Shown: piece by piece, positions 1-9,600 of the stretch
Position numbering within the stretch: position 1 is the stretch's first letter
Layout: every line of letters starts with the position of its first letter
Virus record (IMG/VR): IMGVR_UViG_3300032237_000390
Span: 1 to 62,236 of that record
Direction: 5' to 3' (one strand)
Origin: a virus
Lineage: Duplodnaviria > Caudoviricetes
Length of the DNA stretch: 62,236 bases
Position numbers and translations under genes: made by a program
Notes under the pieces: model-generated
What the model saw: the letters and a program-made list of their open reading frames with translations, nothing else
Database searches by the model: none
What the model was told of the DNA's origin: nothing

Positions 1-123
1 GCCAATTATTCAGGAGGGCAAGAAACTTCTTATTGTGGCTCCTTGCCATAATAACGTGGTGAATACATTGGCAGCGAATGTGATGAAGGGGAACCTTAAG
101 ATATGTGCGATACCGCCACCAAA
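1..123. repeat. Terminal direct repeat (assembly circularisation overlap), copy 1
   Basis: 1-123 is identical to 62114-62236, and the GroEL frame continues across the join. Confidence 0.97.
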
Positions 124-871
124 TTTTGGTTACAAGCAGCACGAGCTGATGCAGGACCTTGCGGTTTCAGTTGGAGCTACTTACTTTAGCGAGAGAACCG
201 GTGACGATTTGTCACACGTTGAATACACCGACTTAGGTCATGCGGCTAAAATAATAGTATCAAAAGATAAGACCATCATCCTCAAGTCCAACTTGAGGGT
301 AGATGAAGAAAAAATTAAGGAAAGGGTAAACCAATTATGGGAGGCTCATGCCGCTGCTAAGAGAAAGAACGATAAAGATTTTTTGTTAGAACGCATAGCA
401 TCTTTGACGGGTGGCATTGGTGTTATCTTTGTTGGCGGTAATACTGACCTTGAGCAGAAGGAGTTGTATGATAGGGTTGACGATGCGGTATGTGCAGTGA
501 GGTCAGCGTTAGAGGAGGGTATTGTTCCCGGAGCGGGCAAGGCACTATTTGAGAGCACGGTAGACATACAAGAAGATTGGAGTGAGGAGAAGAAGGTTGC
601 AGCAAGGGTGCTTAATGGAGCGATGGTTTCACCACTAAATCAAATACTTGAGAACGCAGGGATAAAGTTTGGTGATGTTTACCCTCTAACCTGCAATGCA
701 GGTGATGGGTATAATCTAAAGACAGGAAAGTTTGGAGACCTTATAAAGATGGGTGTAATCGACCCACTGAAGGTGACACGAAGTGCCCTTCAGAATGCGG
801 TCAGCGTAGCAACAACCATCCTTAGTACAAATGCAATTATCACTATGGCAAGAACCTATGATGCTAAGTAG
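1..871 (+). CDS. groEL: Chaperonin GroEL, C-terminal part
   Basis: ERIASLTGG, DRVDDAVCAVRSALEEGIVPGAG, GVIDPLKVTRSALQNAVS; in frame with the 61386 start; no GGM tail. Confidence 0.97.
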   Translation, partial: PIIQEGKKLLIVAPCHNNVVNTLAANVMKGNLKICAIPPPNFGYKQHELMQDLAVSVGATYFSERTGDDLSHVEYTDLGHAAKIIVSKDKTIILKSNLRVDEEKIKERVNQLWEAHAAAKRKNDKDFLLERIASLTGGIGVIFVGGNTDLEQKELYDRVDDAVCAVRSALEEGIVPGAGKALFESTVDIQEDWSEEKKVAARVLNGAMVSPLNQILENAGIKFGDVYPLTCNAGDGYNLKTGKFGDLIKMGVIDPLKVTRSALQNAVSVATTILSTNAIITMARTYDAK

Positions 872-1054
872 ATGGAGGTGGGAGTTGAATATGATTCATT
901 CTTTATGGGTTGCAATGACTGCTCATTTGTTTGGTTATTTGTGATGCAGATTGACATAATATATTGGGGTGATGGTGATGTTGAGGAGATATATTCTAAT
1001 GTTGCAGTGTGCCCACATTGTGGTCACGAAAACGAAATACAAATAGACTTATGA
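872..1054 (+). CDS. Small Zn-ribbon-like protein
   Basis: CNDC...CPHC; fills the gap between groEL and groES exactly. Confidence 0.55.
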   Translation: MEVGVEYDSFFMGCNDCSFVWLFVMQIDIIYWGDGDVEEIYSNVAVCPHCGHENEIQIDL

Positions 1055-1308
1055 AAGCAATAGGAAAAAACATTGTTGTTAAGAACGTAGATGAGGAAGT
1101 TAAAACCGCTTCAGGTTTAACATTGACAGGTGACGATACCAATCAACTACGGTATAAGCGTGGTATTGTTATTGAGCCGGGGACAGATGTACTCACTTTA
1201 AAGCAAGGTGATGACATATACTATGACAAGGCTCATGGGTATACCATGATAATACATGACGTTCAGTACTCAATCATCCAAGAACGGGACGTTGTAATTG
1301 TTATTTGA
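1051..1308 (+). CDS. groES: Co-chaperonin GroES
   Basis: From ATG 1051: MKAIGKNIVVK...EVKTASGLTL...GDDIYY...IIQERDV; lies next to groEL. Confidence 0.9.
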   Translation: MKAIGKNIVVKNVDEEVKTASGLTLTGDDTNQLRYKRGIVIEPGTDVLTLKQGDDIYYDKAHGYTMIIHDVQYSIIQERDVVIVI

Positions 1309-1725
1309 TTTTGACTCTCGTATATACTTATTCATTTCAGTAATCATATCACGGTAAATCTTATCACTATACGACACATTTTTTTTATAAAGTGGGTTAT
1401 TGTTGGGTTGTGTAGGTATTTCTTCTCCATTTAGTTTTCTATATATTGACTGAATCATTCTTGTTGATTTAAATGTCAATCCATATAGTGCTTTACGGGT
1501 GTTGAACTTTTCCCTAAAGTTCTCAATCCAACCATCTTGTCGGAGTCGATTAAACCTACCTGTATCCCATGAAAGTAGGTGGTTAAACTTTTCAAAGTCT
1601 GTTACGCTAAAATATTTTTCTGAGTAAAGGAAAAGTAGCATCTCGAGGTCTGCTTGGCTTATGTTATAGCGAGCTCTGACGTAGTAGCGGATAACTCTCC
1701 AAAATTTGAGGTAATCTGATTTCAT
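1270..1725 (-). CDS. Putative winged-helix (MarR-like) DNA-binding protein
   Basis: ISQADLEMLLFLYS...FNRLRQDGWIE...LYGLT pattern; the only - strand gene in the + arm. Confidence 0.55.
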   Translation of the reverse strand: MKSDYLKFWRVIRYYVRARYNISQADLEMLLFLYSEKYFSVTDFEKFNHLLSWDTGRFNRLRQDGWIENFREKFNTRKALYGLTFKSTRMIQSIYRKLNGEEIPTQPNNNPLYKKNVSYSDKIYRDMITEMNKYIRESKSNNNYNVPFLDD

Positions 1726-1735
1726 TTTATTTTAT

Positions 1736-1743
1736 TACATTTG
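1736..1743 (+). promoter_or_regulatory. Bacteroidota-type -7 promoter box
   Basis: TACATTTG (TAnnTTTG), ~20 nt upstream of ATG 1764. Confidence 0.55.
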
Positions 1744-1763
1744 TTGTACAAAAATACACAATT

Positions 1764-1898
1764 ATGAAAAAAGATGTTCCAAATCTTCCAAAGTCTTCAA
1801 TGCTTCAGCCTCCTGCATCTTCAGGTGGTGTAAAGAAAGCTGCTGCTAAGAAAGTTGCAAAAGCTGCAATGGGTAAAGGTAAAAAAATGAAGTACTAA
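1764..1898 (+). CDS. Small Lys/Ala-rich basic protein (44 aa)
   Basis: MKKDVPNLPK...KKAAAKKVAKAAMGKGKKMKY; its stop overlaps the next ATG. Confidence 0.6.
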   Translation: MKKDVPNLPKSSMLQPPASSGGVKKAAAKKVAKAAMGKGKKMKY

Positions 1899-2188
1899 TG
1901 GCTGATAAGTCAAAAATGAAATGCAATCGTGTTGTCTCATCGGATAGACCCGGCAAGAAACGAATGGTATTGGCTTGTGCCAATGGTCAGGAGAAGTTGC
2001 TGCACTTTGGTGCTAAGGGGTATGGTCATAACTATTCAGAGGCAGCACGGTCTTCATTTCGTGCAAGACACAAGTGTGCCGAGTCACACGATAAGTTGAC
2101 ACCACGTTATTGGGCGTGTCATAATTTATGGGCAGGTCCCGGTGGCTCAACGCAATCATCTCCTAAAAACAGAAAAGGGAAATACTAA
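1898..2188 (+). CDS. Basic phage protein (HFGAKGY...FRARH motif)
   Basis: ORF track; tightly packed with neighbours. Confidence 0.75.
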   Translation: MADKSKMKCNRVVSSDRPGKKRMVLACANGQEKLLHFGAKGYGHNYSEAARSSFRARHKCAESHDKLTPRYWACHNLWAGPGGSTQSSPKNRKGKY

Positions 2189-2310
2189 TGAAAGGAACAA
2201 CAGCAAAGGCTAAAAAATTCGAGTCAAAGAAATCATTGGATGGACCAATGAAATTTTTAAAAGGCAATGTATCAAAAGTAACAAAATCATTACCTAAGAA
2301 GAAGAAGTAA
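2188..2310 (+). CDS. Small basic protein (40 aa)
   Basis: MKGTTAKAKKFESKK...LPKKKK; TAATG overlaps at both ends. Confidence 0.55.
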   Translation: MKGTTAKAKKFESKKSLDGPMKFLKGNVSKVTKSLPKKKK

Positions 2311-2645
2311 TGAAAGATGCTTGTTATAAAAAAGTAAAGGCATCGTATGATGTGTTCCCATCTGCGAGAGCCTCTCAGGCTATTGCTAAATGCAGGAAGT
2401 CGTCAGGCTCTGTTCGCAAGACAGAAGCAGGCAGTGCACTAAAGAGGTGGCAGTCAGAGAAGTGGGAAGATACCAAAAGCGGTAAGGAATGTGGGGCGGG
2501 CGGTAAGAATGAGTATTGTCGTCCGACAAAAAGAGTGTCTTCAAAGACACCAACGACCAAGTCGGAGTTAAGTCCATCCAAGCTTGCTGCAAAGAAATTG
2601 GAGAAGAGCAGGGTTGGTATGGGTAAAAGAGTTTCCAAAGTTTAG
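2310..2645 (+). CDS. Basic phage protein (KDACY.KVK...PSA.AS family)
   Basis: ORF track; translationally coupled to the upstream gene. Confidence 0.75.
   Translation: MKDACYKKVKASYDVFPSARASQAIAKCRKSSGSVRKTEAGSALKRWQSEKWEDTKSGKECGAGGKNEYCRPTKRVSSKTPTTKSELSPSKLAAKKLEKSRVGMGKRVSKV
2535..2550. repeat. 16-bp near-palindrome GTGTCTTCAAAGACAC, copy 1 (in CDS)
   Basis: Exact match. Confidence 0.95.
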
Positions 2646-2653
2646 TATATTTG
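2646..2653 (+). promoter_or_regulatory. Bacteroidota-type -7 box
   Basis: TATATTTG upstream of ATG 2668. Confidence 0.55.
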
Positions 2654-2667
2654 TAAAAATATAGGAC

Positions 2668-2922
2668 ATGGCTTATCAAGAACCTGAAAAGAAAAAAGTT
2701 AAAAGAAAGGATATTCCATTAGCTGAGACTCCTATTGTAAAGTGGGAGAACAGTATCAAGAATCCTGCTAACAGACTTAATGTTAATGAGGTTCGCAATA
2801 ACAGGGACACTCCTGTTGATGCTCCAAGAAAATATACAAACCCAAGTTTGTTTAGAAAAATATTTCCTGAGAAGGTTAAGCAAGCTGAGTATAATAAATT
2901 TTACGATATAAAAAACAAATAA
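2668..2922 (+). CDS. Hypothetical protein
   Basis: ORF track. Confidence 0.65.
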   Translation: MAYQEPEKKKVKRKDIPLAETPIVKWENSIKNPANRLNVNEVRNNRDTPVDAPRKYTNPSLFRKIFPEKVKQAEYNKFYDIKNK

Positions 2923-2923
2923 C

Positions 2924-3391
2924 ATGGCAACAGTCCCATTAGATACAAGGTTCATAGGTATAGCACCTGAAGTAAATTTGACTGAAAGAAAGAGTGCTGT
3001 CATCAATACTCAAACACAACCTTACACAATGCAAGACATTGTTGATACTGCGGGTGGTGGTTCATATTTAAAATATGTTGCATTGCTATCACAAGTTGGA
3101 ACTGATGCTCCTACTGCTACAGTTCTTGAAAATACTTTAGGTGAAACAATAACTTATACAAGGTCTTCAGCAGGATTGTACTACATAGTTACAACAGGAA
3201 TATTCCCTGAAAATAAAACTTGGGCTGTTGCAAATACACCAAGTTATAATAGTAATGGTCCTTTTGCGTTACAAATAGGTAGAGTAGGCGATACTGAATG
3301 TATTCTTTATTGTTATTCTTTAGGAGCAAGTTTAATGGATTTAGATACAAATGGAGATGCAACATCAATTGAAATAAGAGTTTATCCATAA
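2924..3391 (+). CDS. Putative virion structural protein
   Basis: YVALLSQVGTDAPTATVLENTLG...IEIRVY beta-rich pattern typical of phage structural proteins. Confidence 0.6.
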   Translation: MATVPLDTRFIGIAPEVNLTERKSAVINTQTQPYTMQDIVDTAGGGSYLKYVALLSQVGTDAPTATVLENTLGETITYTRSSAGLYYIVTTGIFPENKTWAVANTPSYNSNGPFALQIGRVGDTECILYCYSLGASLMDLDTNGDATSIEIRVYP

Positions 3392-3537
3392 TAATATGTT
3401 TATACTTTGTCATAATAATATTGATATATTTCATTTGGTTGAATTAAAACCAAATGCTAAATTATTAAGCGGGCAGCCTCATATTGAGGAGTTTGAAATT
3501 AAGAAAGAGGCAGAAAATAGAATAAAAGAAATTAAGA

Positions 3538-4338
3538 GTGGGAAAAATTAGTTCATATAATGTTGATAGCAATGTAACTCTTTCAGACAAGTTAATAGGG
3601 TCTGACGCAGAGAATACTAATGCTACAAAAAATTATTTGTTAAGTGACATATATGATTTATTTGCTTCTCAAGGGGAATCAAGTTCTATAGGAAGTCCAT
3701 TTTTTGTTCCTGATATTGTTTATTTTGGTGGAACATCATGTGCTGAGATTTATTTGGAAAATGGATACAATACGTATCAACAAGGGTTTTCAGCAATCTC
3801 TGCACCAAATCTAACAACAGTAAAAGGTGGTATTGTTATTTCATTAGATAACAACAATGTAGTTCAAAATATAGATTTATCTGCTTTAGAAACTATTGGA
3901 GTATATGCTCAATCTGTTGTGCCAAGTTGGAATGGGTGGGGTATATATTTTAGAAACTTATCATTAATTAGTACATTAAACCTATCTAATTTAACAACAG
4001 TAAAAAGTGGTGTATATATAGACAGTTGTGATATTTTAACAAATCTTAATATAAATAATTTACAAGAAGTTTCAGGTAATTTTTTTATAAATACTAACCC
4101 ATTGTTAACAACACTTGATGTTTCAAGTTTAACTATATTTGATAATGATTTTTATGTTATTGATGGTGCTTTAAATCAAACTTCTATAGATGGTATATTA
4201 TATCAACTTGCAGTTGTTATTAATTTACAAAATAGAACTGTTAATTTAAGCGGTGGCACAAATTCTGCACCAAGTGTAACGGGTGATGGGTATGTGGCTA
4301 CGCTTATATCAAATGGCTGTACAGTAATAACAAATTAA
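3538..4338 (+). CDS. Putative fibre/receptor-binding protein with L-domain-like leucine repeats
   Basis: N-terminus resembles that of the 6635 fibre; repeats LSALETI / LSNLTTVKSG / LQEVSGNFFI. Confidence 0.6.
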   Translation: MGKISSYNVDSNVTLSDKLIGSDAENTNATKNYLLSDIYDLFASQGESSSIGSPFFVPDIVYFGGTSCAEIYLENGYNTYQQGFSAISAPNLTTVKGGIVISLDNNNVVQNIDLSALETIGVYAQSVVPSWNGWGIYFRNLSLISTLNLSNLTTVKSGVYIDSCDILTNLNINNLQEVSGNFFINTNPLLTTLDVSSLTIFDNDFYVIDGALNQTSIDGILYQLAVVINLQNRTVNLSGGTNSAPSVTGDGYVATLISNGCTVITN

Positions 4339-4348
4339 ATAAAATAAA

Positions 4349-4747
4349 ATGAAAACAACAAAAACAAACAAACAGTTATTGGAATTGGTTCGAAGTTTAA
4401 ATGCAACTACTGCAGAGAAGGGAAGTAAAAGAGAAGTAAAGCTTAAAAAAATTGCTGAAAAGATTAAGCCAATCTTTGAACAGTATGATGAGAAGCGTCA
4501 AGAAGTTAGGTTAGACAATGCTTATTGTGATGAGAAAGGGATATTAGAGTTAGATGAGAAAAGTGATTATAAGTATACAAAAGACGGAATTAAAAAGATG
4601 AATGGGGATATGAAAAATCTCCTTGAACAAACTTTTGATTTTTATGAATTTACATTTTCAACCGAAGGTATCGAAGACCTTAAATTCCTTGCAGGATGGG
4701 TAGAGGGAATCGAAGCTGAAAAAATTAATGACGATGAAACTAACTGA
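4349..4747 (+). CDS. Hypothetical protein
   Basis: ORF track. Confidence 0.7.
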   Translation: MKTTKTNKQLLELVRSLNATTAEKGSKREVKLKKIAEKIKPIFEQYDEKRQEVRLDNAYCDEKGILELDEKSDYKYTKDGIKKMNGDMKNLLEQTFDFYEFTFSTEGIEDLKFLAGWVEGIEAEKINDDETN

Positions 4748-4913
4748 ACAAAGCAAAGGTCTTGGTGATACCATAGAGAAAATCACCACCGCAACAGGAA
4801 TTAAAAAAGTTGTTGATACTGTAGCTAAAGCTACAGGTAAAGATTGTGGTTGTAAAAAAAGAAAAGATGCACTTAATCGTGCGTTCCCTTATGAAATAAA
4901 AAAAATAGGTTAA
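4728..4913 (+). CDS. Small phage protein (GLGDTIEK...CGC..R)
   Basis: ORF track; recurrent phage motif. Confidence 0.7.
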   Translation: MTMKLTEQSKGLGDTIEKITTATGIKKVVDTVAKATGKDCGCKKRKDALNRAFPYEIKKIG

Positions 4914-4915
4914 TT

Positions 4916-5182
4916 ATGGCATATCAAAAATTACAAGCAGGCAGAGCTTCTGTAGTCACTAAAAGTGACACTGTAAACATTCCTGATGTATCAGGAGGTG
5001 TTAACAATGGATGTGTTCTCTATGTTGGTACAGCAGGAGTAGGAGGAGTTCTTCGTGTTCTTACTGTTGGAGGTGATGATGTTACGTTTTATAATGTAGC
5101 TAATGGAACATTTATTCCCGTTCAAGTGCTTAGAGTATTTTCATCAACAACAACAGCGAGTAATATATTAGCACTATGGTAA
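4916..5182 (+). CDS. Putative small structural protein
   Basis: LYVGT.G.LRV...GTFIPVQVLRV..TTAS.I.AL beta-rich pattern. Confidence 0.65.
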   Translation: MAYQKLQAGRASVVTKSDTVNIPDVSGGVNNGCVLYVGTAGVGGVLRVLTVGGDDVTFYNVANGTFIPVQVLRVFSSTTTASNILALW

Positions 5183-5201
5183 TCGCTATATCCATACAAA
5201 T

Positions 5202-5492
5202 ATGATGAGCAATCAAGAAAAAAGTAGACTTGATTTTATGGCTGAAGAGTTAGAGAGTTTAAAGAAAGAGTTGTCTGAAGTAAAAGCTCTTATAAAAGAT
5301 ATGCATAATCTTTTAGCAGGCAATCCTATTGATAGAGAATCAGATGGATTAATAGGCGACTTTAAAAGAGTTGAGAGAGAAATGTATGCCATTAAGTATG
5401 AGTTGAAAAAATATAAGTCATATTTTTATGCTCTTGTTACATTAGTTGGATTTGGTGCTTTAAAAGTTATTATTGATTTTTTAAAAAAATAA
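5202..5492 (+). CDS. Coiled-coil protein with C-terminal TM helix (lysis-associated?)
   Basis: C-terminal YFYALVTLVGFGALKVII; sits before the holin and endolysin. Confidence 0.55.
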   Translation: MMSNQEKSRLDFMAEELESLKKELSEVKALIKDMHNLLAGNPIDRESDGLIGDFKRVEREMYAIKYELKKYKSYFYALVTLVGFGALKVIIDFLKK

Positions 5493-5743
5493 TGGCAAAT
5501 AAGATGAAGAAATTTTTAGAATGGTCAAAAGGATTTTTATCTGAGAATGGACAAGCATCAAGTAAAAGATTTGTTGGTATTTTTAGTGCAATAGCACTAT
5601 GTTATACCTTATATGTAAGTCACAATTCTGAAAATAAACCATCAGATGCATTAGTTTATTCTGTTGCTGCTTTATCTGCTGCAGCTTTAGGAATAAGTGC
5701 TGCTGAAAAGATATTTAAAAAAGATAAAGATGAAAATATCTGA
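5492..5743 (+). CDS. Putative holin
   Basis: Two TM segments and a charged C-terminus; precedes the endolysin. Confidence 0.65.
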   Translation: MANKMKKFLEWSKGFLSENGQASSKRFVGIFSAIALCYTLYVSHNSENKPSDALVYSVAALSAAALGISAAEKIFKKDKDENI

Positions 5744-6194
5744 GCATTTATCACTTGCTGAAATGACAAGAAGTGAGACTGCAAAGCGTAAAGGCATAAG
5801 CAATACTCCTACTGCTGAGCATTTGGAGAACTTTAAAATTTTGGCTGAGAATGTATTTGAGAAAATAAGGGTGCATTTTGGTGTACCAATACATATCAGC
5901 TCCGGCTATCGTAGCAAAGAGTTGAACGATGCCATAGGTGGTAGTCAAACAAGTCAACATAGCAAGGGTCAAGCAATTGACATTGATATGGACGGTAGTA
6001 GTGATGGTGTTAGTAACGCTGATATATACAATTTTATCAAAGATAAACTTGACTACGACCAATTAATTTGGGAGTTTGGAACAGATGAGAATCCTGATTG
6101 GGTTCATGTCTCTTATTCAAAAGATAAAAACAGAAAGCAGCGTTTAAAAGCTGTAAAAACCAATGGCAAAACATCTTACACTAATCTTCCTTAG
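5730..6194 (+). CDS. Endolysin, peptidase M15 family
   Basis: SSGYRS, SQH..GQAID and WVHVSY zinc-peptidase motifs; probable start is ATG 5730. Confidence 0.9.
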   Translation: MKISEHLSLAEMTRSETAKRKGISNTPTAEHLENFKILAENVFEKIRVHFGVPIHISSGYRSKELNDAIGGSQTSQHSKGQAIDIDMDGSSDGVSNADIYNFIKDKLDYDQLIWEFGTDENPDWVHVSYSKDKNRKQRLKAVKTNGKTSYTNLP

Positions 6195-6618
6195 CTTAAT
6201 CTTATTCTCTTGCATTACAAGAAAAGCTACTATATCAAAATCTTACGTGGAATCACATGTAGATAGTGTGCTTTCAGATAAAAAAGACAGTGTTTCAGTT
6301 CAAAATAACGGTATAAGTGTAGAAGAAACAACGGATGAAATTGAGATTGTGCCTATAGATACCTCAAAGCCTCTTATTATTGGTGGTAAAGAGTACTTTA
6401 ATGCATCTGTTAAGATAAAAAATACCCATAAAAAAACTTTAGATACCTCGAAGGCTATAGTATCAAAGTCATCTGATAGTAATATCAAGTTAAGCAAGTC
6501 TGAAAATAAAGATACTTTTATTAAGACTATAGATAAAAAGCCAAGTTATTTAAATTTGTGGTGGTTAATATTAATACCTATAGGGGTGTTGTTAATCAAA
6601 CGCTATCTTCCAAAATAA
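6163..6618 (+). CDS. Putative unimolecular spanin
   Basis: N-terminal lipobox LFSC plus C-terminal TM helix LWWLILIPIGVLLI; follows the endolysin. Confidence 0.7.
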   Translation: MAKHLTLIFLSLILFSCITRKATISKSYVESHVDSVLSDKKDSVSVQNNGISVEETTDEIEIVPIDTSKPLIIGGKEYFNASVKIKNTHKKTLDTSKAIVSKSSDSNIKLSKSENKDTFIKTIDKKPSYLNLWWLILIPIGVLLIKRYLPK

Positions 6619-6619
6619 G

Positions 6620-6627
6620 TATCTTTG
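6620..6627 (+). promoter_or_regulatory. Bacteroidota-type -7 box
   Basis: TATCTTTG just upstream of ATG 6635. Confidence 0.55.
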
Positions 6628-6634
6628 TAACACT

Positions 6635-9600
6635 ATGGCTAAGATAAGTACATACCCCATTATATCTACACCTACATTAAATGACCTTTTAATAGGTACT
6701 GATGTAGAGAATGTTAATGAGACAAAGAATTTTTCTATTGGAGATATTGCTAATCTTATAGTAATAGGCAATTACATTCCTTATGTTGGGGCTCTTGAAG
6801 ACGTTTTTTTAGGTGCATTTAACATTTCTGCAAATTCTTTTATTAACACCAATGGTACAGTATCTGATTTTTTAAAAGCTGACGGGTCACTTGACTCTAC
6901 TGTTTATCAAATTGCAGGGAACTACATAACAAGTCTTACGGGTGAGGCTACAGGTTCAGGACCGGGTGTAACTACTGTAACATTAAGTAACGGTGCTGTT
7001 ATAGGAAAGGTTCTTACGGGGCTTACTATTACGGGAGGTTCTGTTTCTTCTACTGATAGCATACTTCAAGCTTTTGGTAAGCTACAAAATCAAGTAAACA
7101 GCCTTGTTGGAGGTGTTATATATAAGGGTACTTGGAACGCATCAACAAATAATCCACTTATTCAAAGTGGAGTAGGTACAAAAGGTTGGTACTATGTGGT
7201 AAATGTTGCGGGAAGCACCAACATTGATGGCATTTCAGATTGGAATGTAGGAGATTGGATTATTTTTGACGGCACTGCATGGCAACAGGTAGATAATACG
7301 GACACTGTAGTGTCTGTAAACGGGCAAGTTGGTGTTGTTGTTCTTACTACTACAAATATTTCAGAAGGAACTAACCTTTATTTTACTGATAGCAGAGCAC
7401 GTTCTGCTATAAGTTTGACTACCACGGGAAATAGTGGTGCTTCTACCTACAGTAATTTAACAGGTGCATTTAATATTCCTAATTACACCCTATCGGGGCT
7501 TGGTGGTGTACCAAGTACAAGGCAGTTGTCCATTAATGGAACCTCATACGACTTAAGTGCTGACAGGTCTTGGTCAGTAGGTACTGTGACGAGTGTTGGA
7601 ACGAGTGCACCGCTAACGGGTGGTACTATTACGGGGTCAGGCACTATAGGTATTACGCAGGCGGGTGTCAGTTCAGACGGGTATCTGAGCAGTACCGATT
7701 GGAATACGTTTAACAACAAGCAGAACGCACTAACAAACCCTGTTACGGGTACGGGTACAGTATATTATCTTCCTATGTGGAGTGGTGTAAGTGCTCTTAC
7801 AGACAGTATTCTTTCTTACGCATCAAATACAGTAACATTTAATTATAATTCTGTTTCGGGTGGTACTGTAAACTATACAAATACAAGTGGTACTACTTAT
7901 ACCTATACTATTCAAATGAATAATACAGGTAGTCCAAGGCAGACGTATCATTCATATACTGATGGCAATATCCTTCAGCAGATTAATTCTAATGTAGTTA
8001 GTAAAAATCTTCAGAGTGGTCAATTAGTATTACCATATTATACAACAACAAGTTCATTTACAGGTACCAATGTTGGGTATCTTGGATTTGATTCAGTGGG
8101 TAATATATTAACAGTTCCTGTGCCAAGTCTTTCCGGGTATGTTCCAACTACAAGGACATTAACAATTAACGGTACTAATTTTGACTTAAGTGCAGATAGA
8201 ACATGGAGTGTTGGTACTGTAACATCTGTAGGATTATCTATGCCATCTGCTTTCACAGTCACTTCATCACCTGTTACAGGAAGTGGTACTATAGCGGTTA
8301 CAGGAGCAGGAGTAGCAAGTCAGTATGTAAGGGGTGATGGTACATTAGCTACATTTCCTAATGTAGGTGGCGGTGGAGGTGGTACTGTTTATTATTTAAA
8401 CGGTAATACATCTCAAGGAAGTATAGGTGGTACTACAATGTATCAGCTTTCTACAGCAGCTCAATCAGGTGCTTCTGCTAATTTTACAAGAAGTACAACA
8501 GGAGTGATTGCTTCATTCATAACTGATGTAGGTCAACCTAATCACCTATCAATCCCTGCAGGTATATGGGTGTTTGAGTGTTATTTATCTGAAACAGGTG
8601 GTGGTTCAAATCACGCAACTATACAAGCTATTGTTGAGAAATGGAATGGAACAACTATTACTGTTATTGCTACGGGATCAGCAGAAGAAATAACAAATGG
8701 TTCTACTAAAGACCTATATCAATTTGCGGTATCAATACCAACAGGAGTAACTTTATTAGCTACAGATAGAATAGTTATTCAAGTTCAAATTGCTAATGCA
8801 AACGGAAAGACTGTTACACTATATACTGAGAACTCAAACATTAGTAGTGTAACAACAACCTTTGCAAATGGAATAGCATCATTAAATGGGCTTACATCAA
8901 CTTCTCAATACTTTGCAACAGGTACAAGTGGAACAGACTTTGCAATTAGTTCAGCAACAGATACACATACATTTAACCTACCAACGGCAAGTGCAACAAA
9001 TAGAGGTGCATTGAGTAGTGCTGATTGGACTACGTTTAATGGAAAACAAGATGCTCTTCCTTCTCAAACAGGTAATAACGGTAAGTACTTAACAACAAAT
9101 GGAAGTCTACTTAGTTGGGCGTCTGTCGATGCTCTTCCTTCACAAACGGGCAACAGTGGGAAGTATTTAACGACCAATGGTTCTGCTGCTTCATGGGCAA
9201 CAGTTGATGCCCTGCCTTCACAGACAGGAAACAATGGTAAATATCTTACTACCGATGGTACAAGTGCTTCTTGGGTAACGGTATCAACAAGTAATATATA
9301 CAACTCAAATGGAACATTAACTTCTAATAGAACATTAACAAGTGGAGGATTTAATCTAACATTTACCGGTAGTAATACTGCTTCAAGTGCAATAGCAAGA
9401 GGTATATTAATGAATCATACACTTGTTGCTTCTGCGAATAGTGATGTATTAGTTGGATTAGAAATTAACCCTACGTTTACTATTGGTGCATTTACAGGGG
9501 TGAGTAATATTGGTTTAAGAGTTATTGGTGCAGATATAGTTATTAATACTTTAAATATTGGTCTTGGTAGCGGTTCTGTTGCAACAAATACAAGAGTAGG

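Noticed and set aside
1-123. Terminal repeat as a biological DTR
   Set aside because: It falls in the middle of groEL and is best explained as assembler overlap on a circular contig
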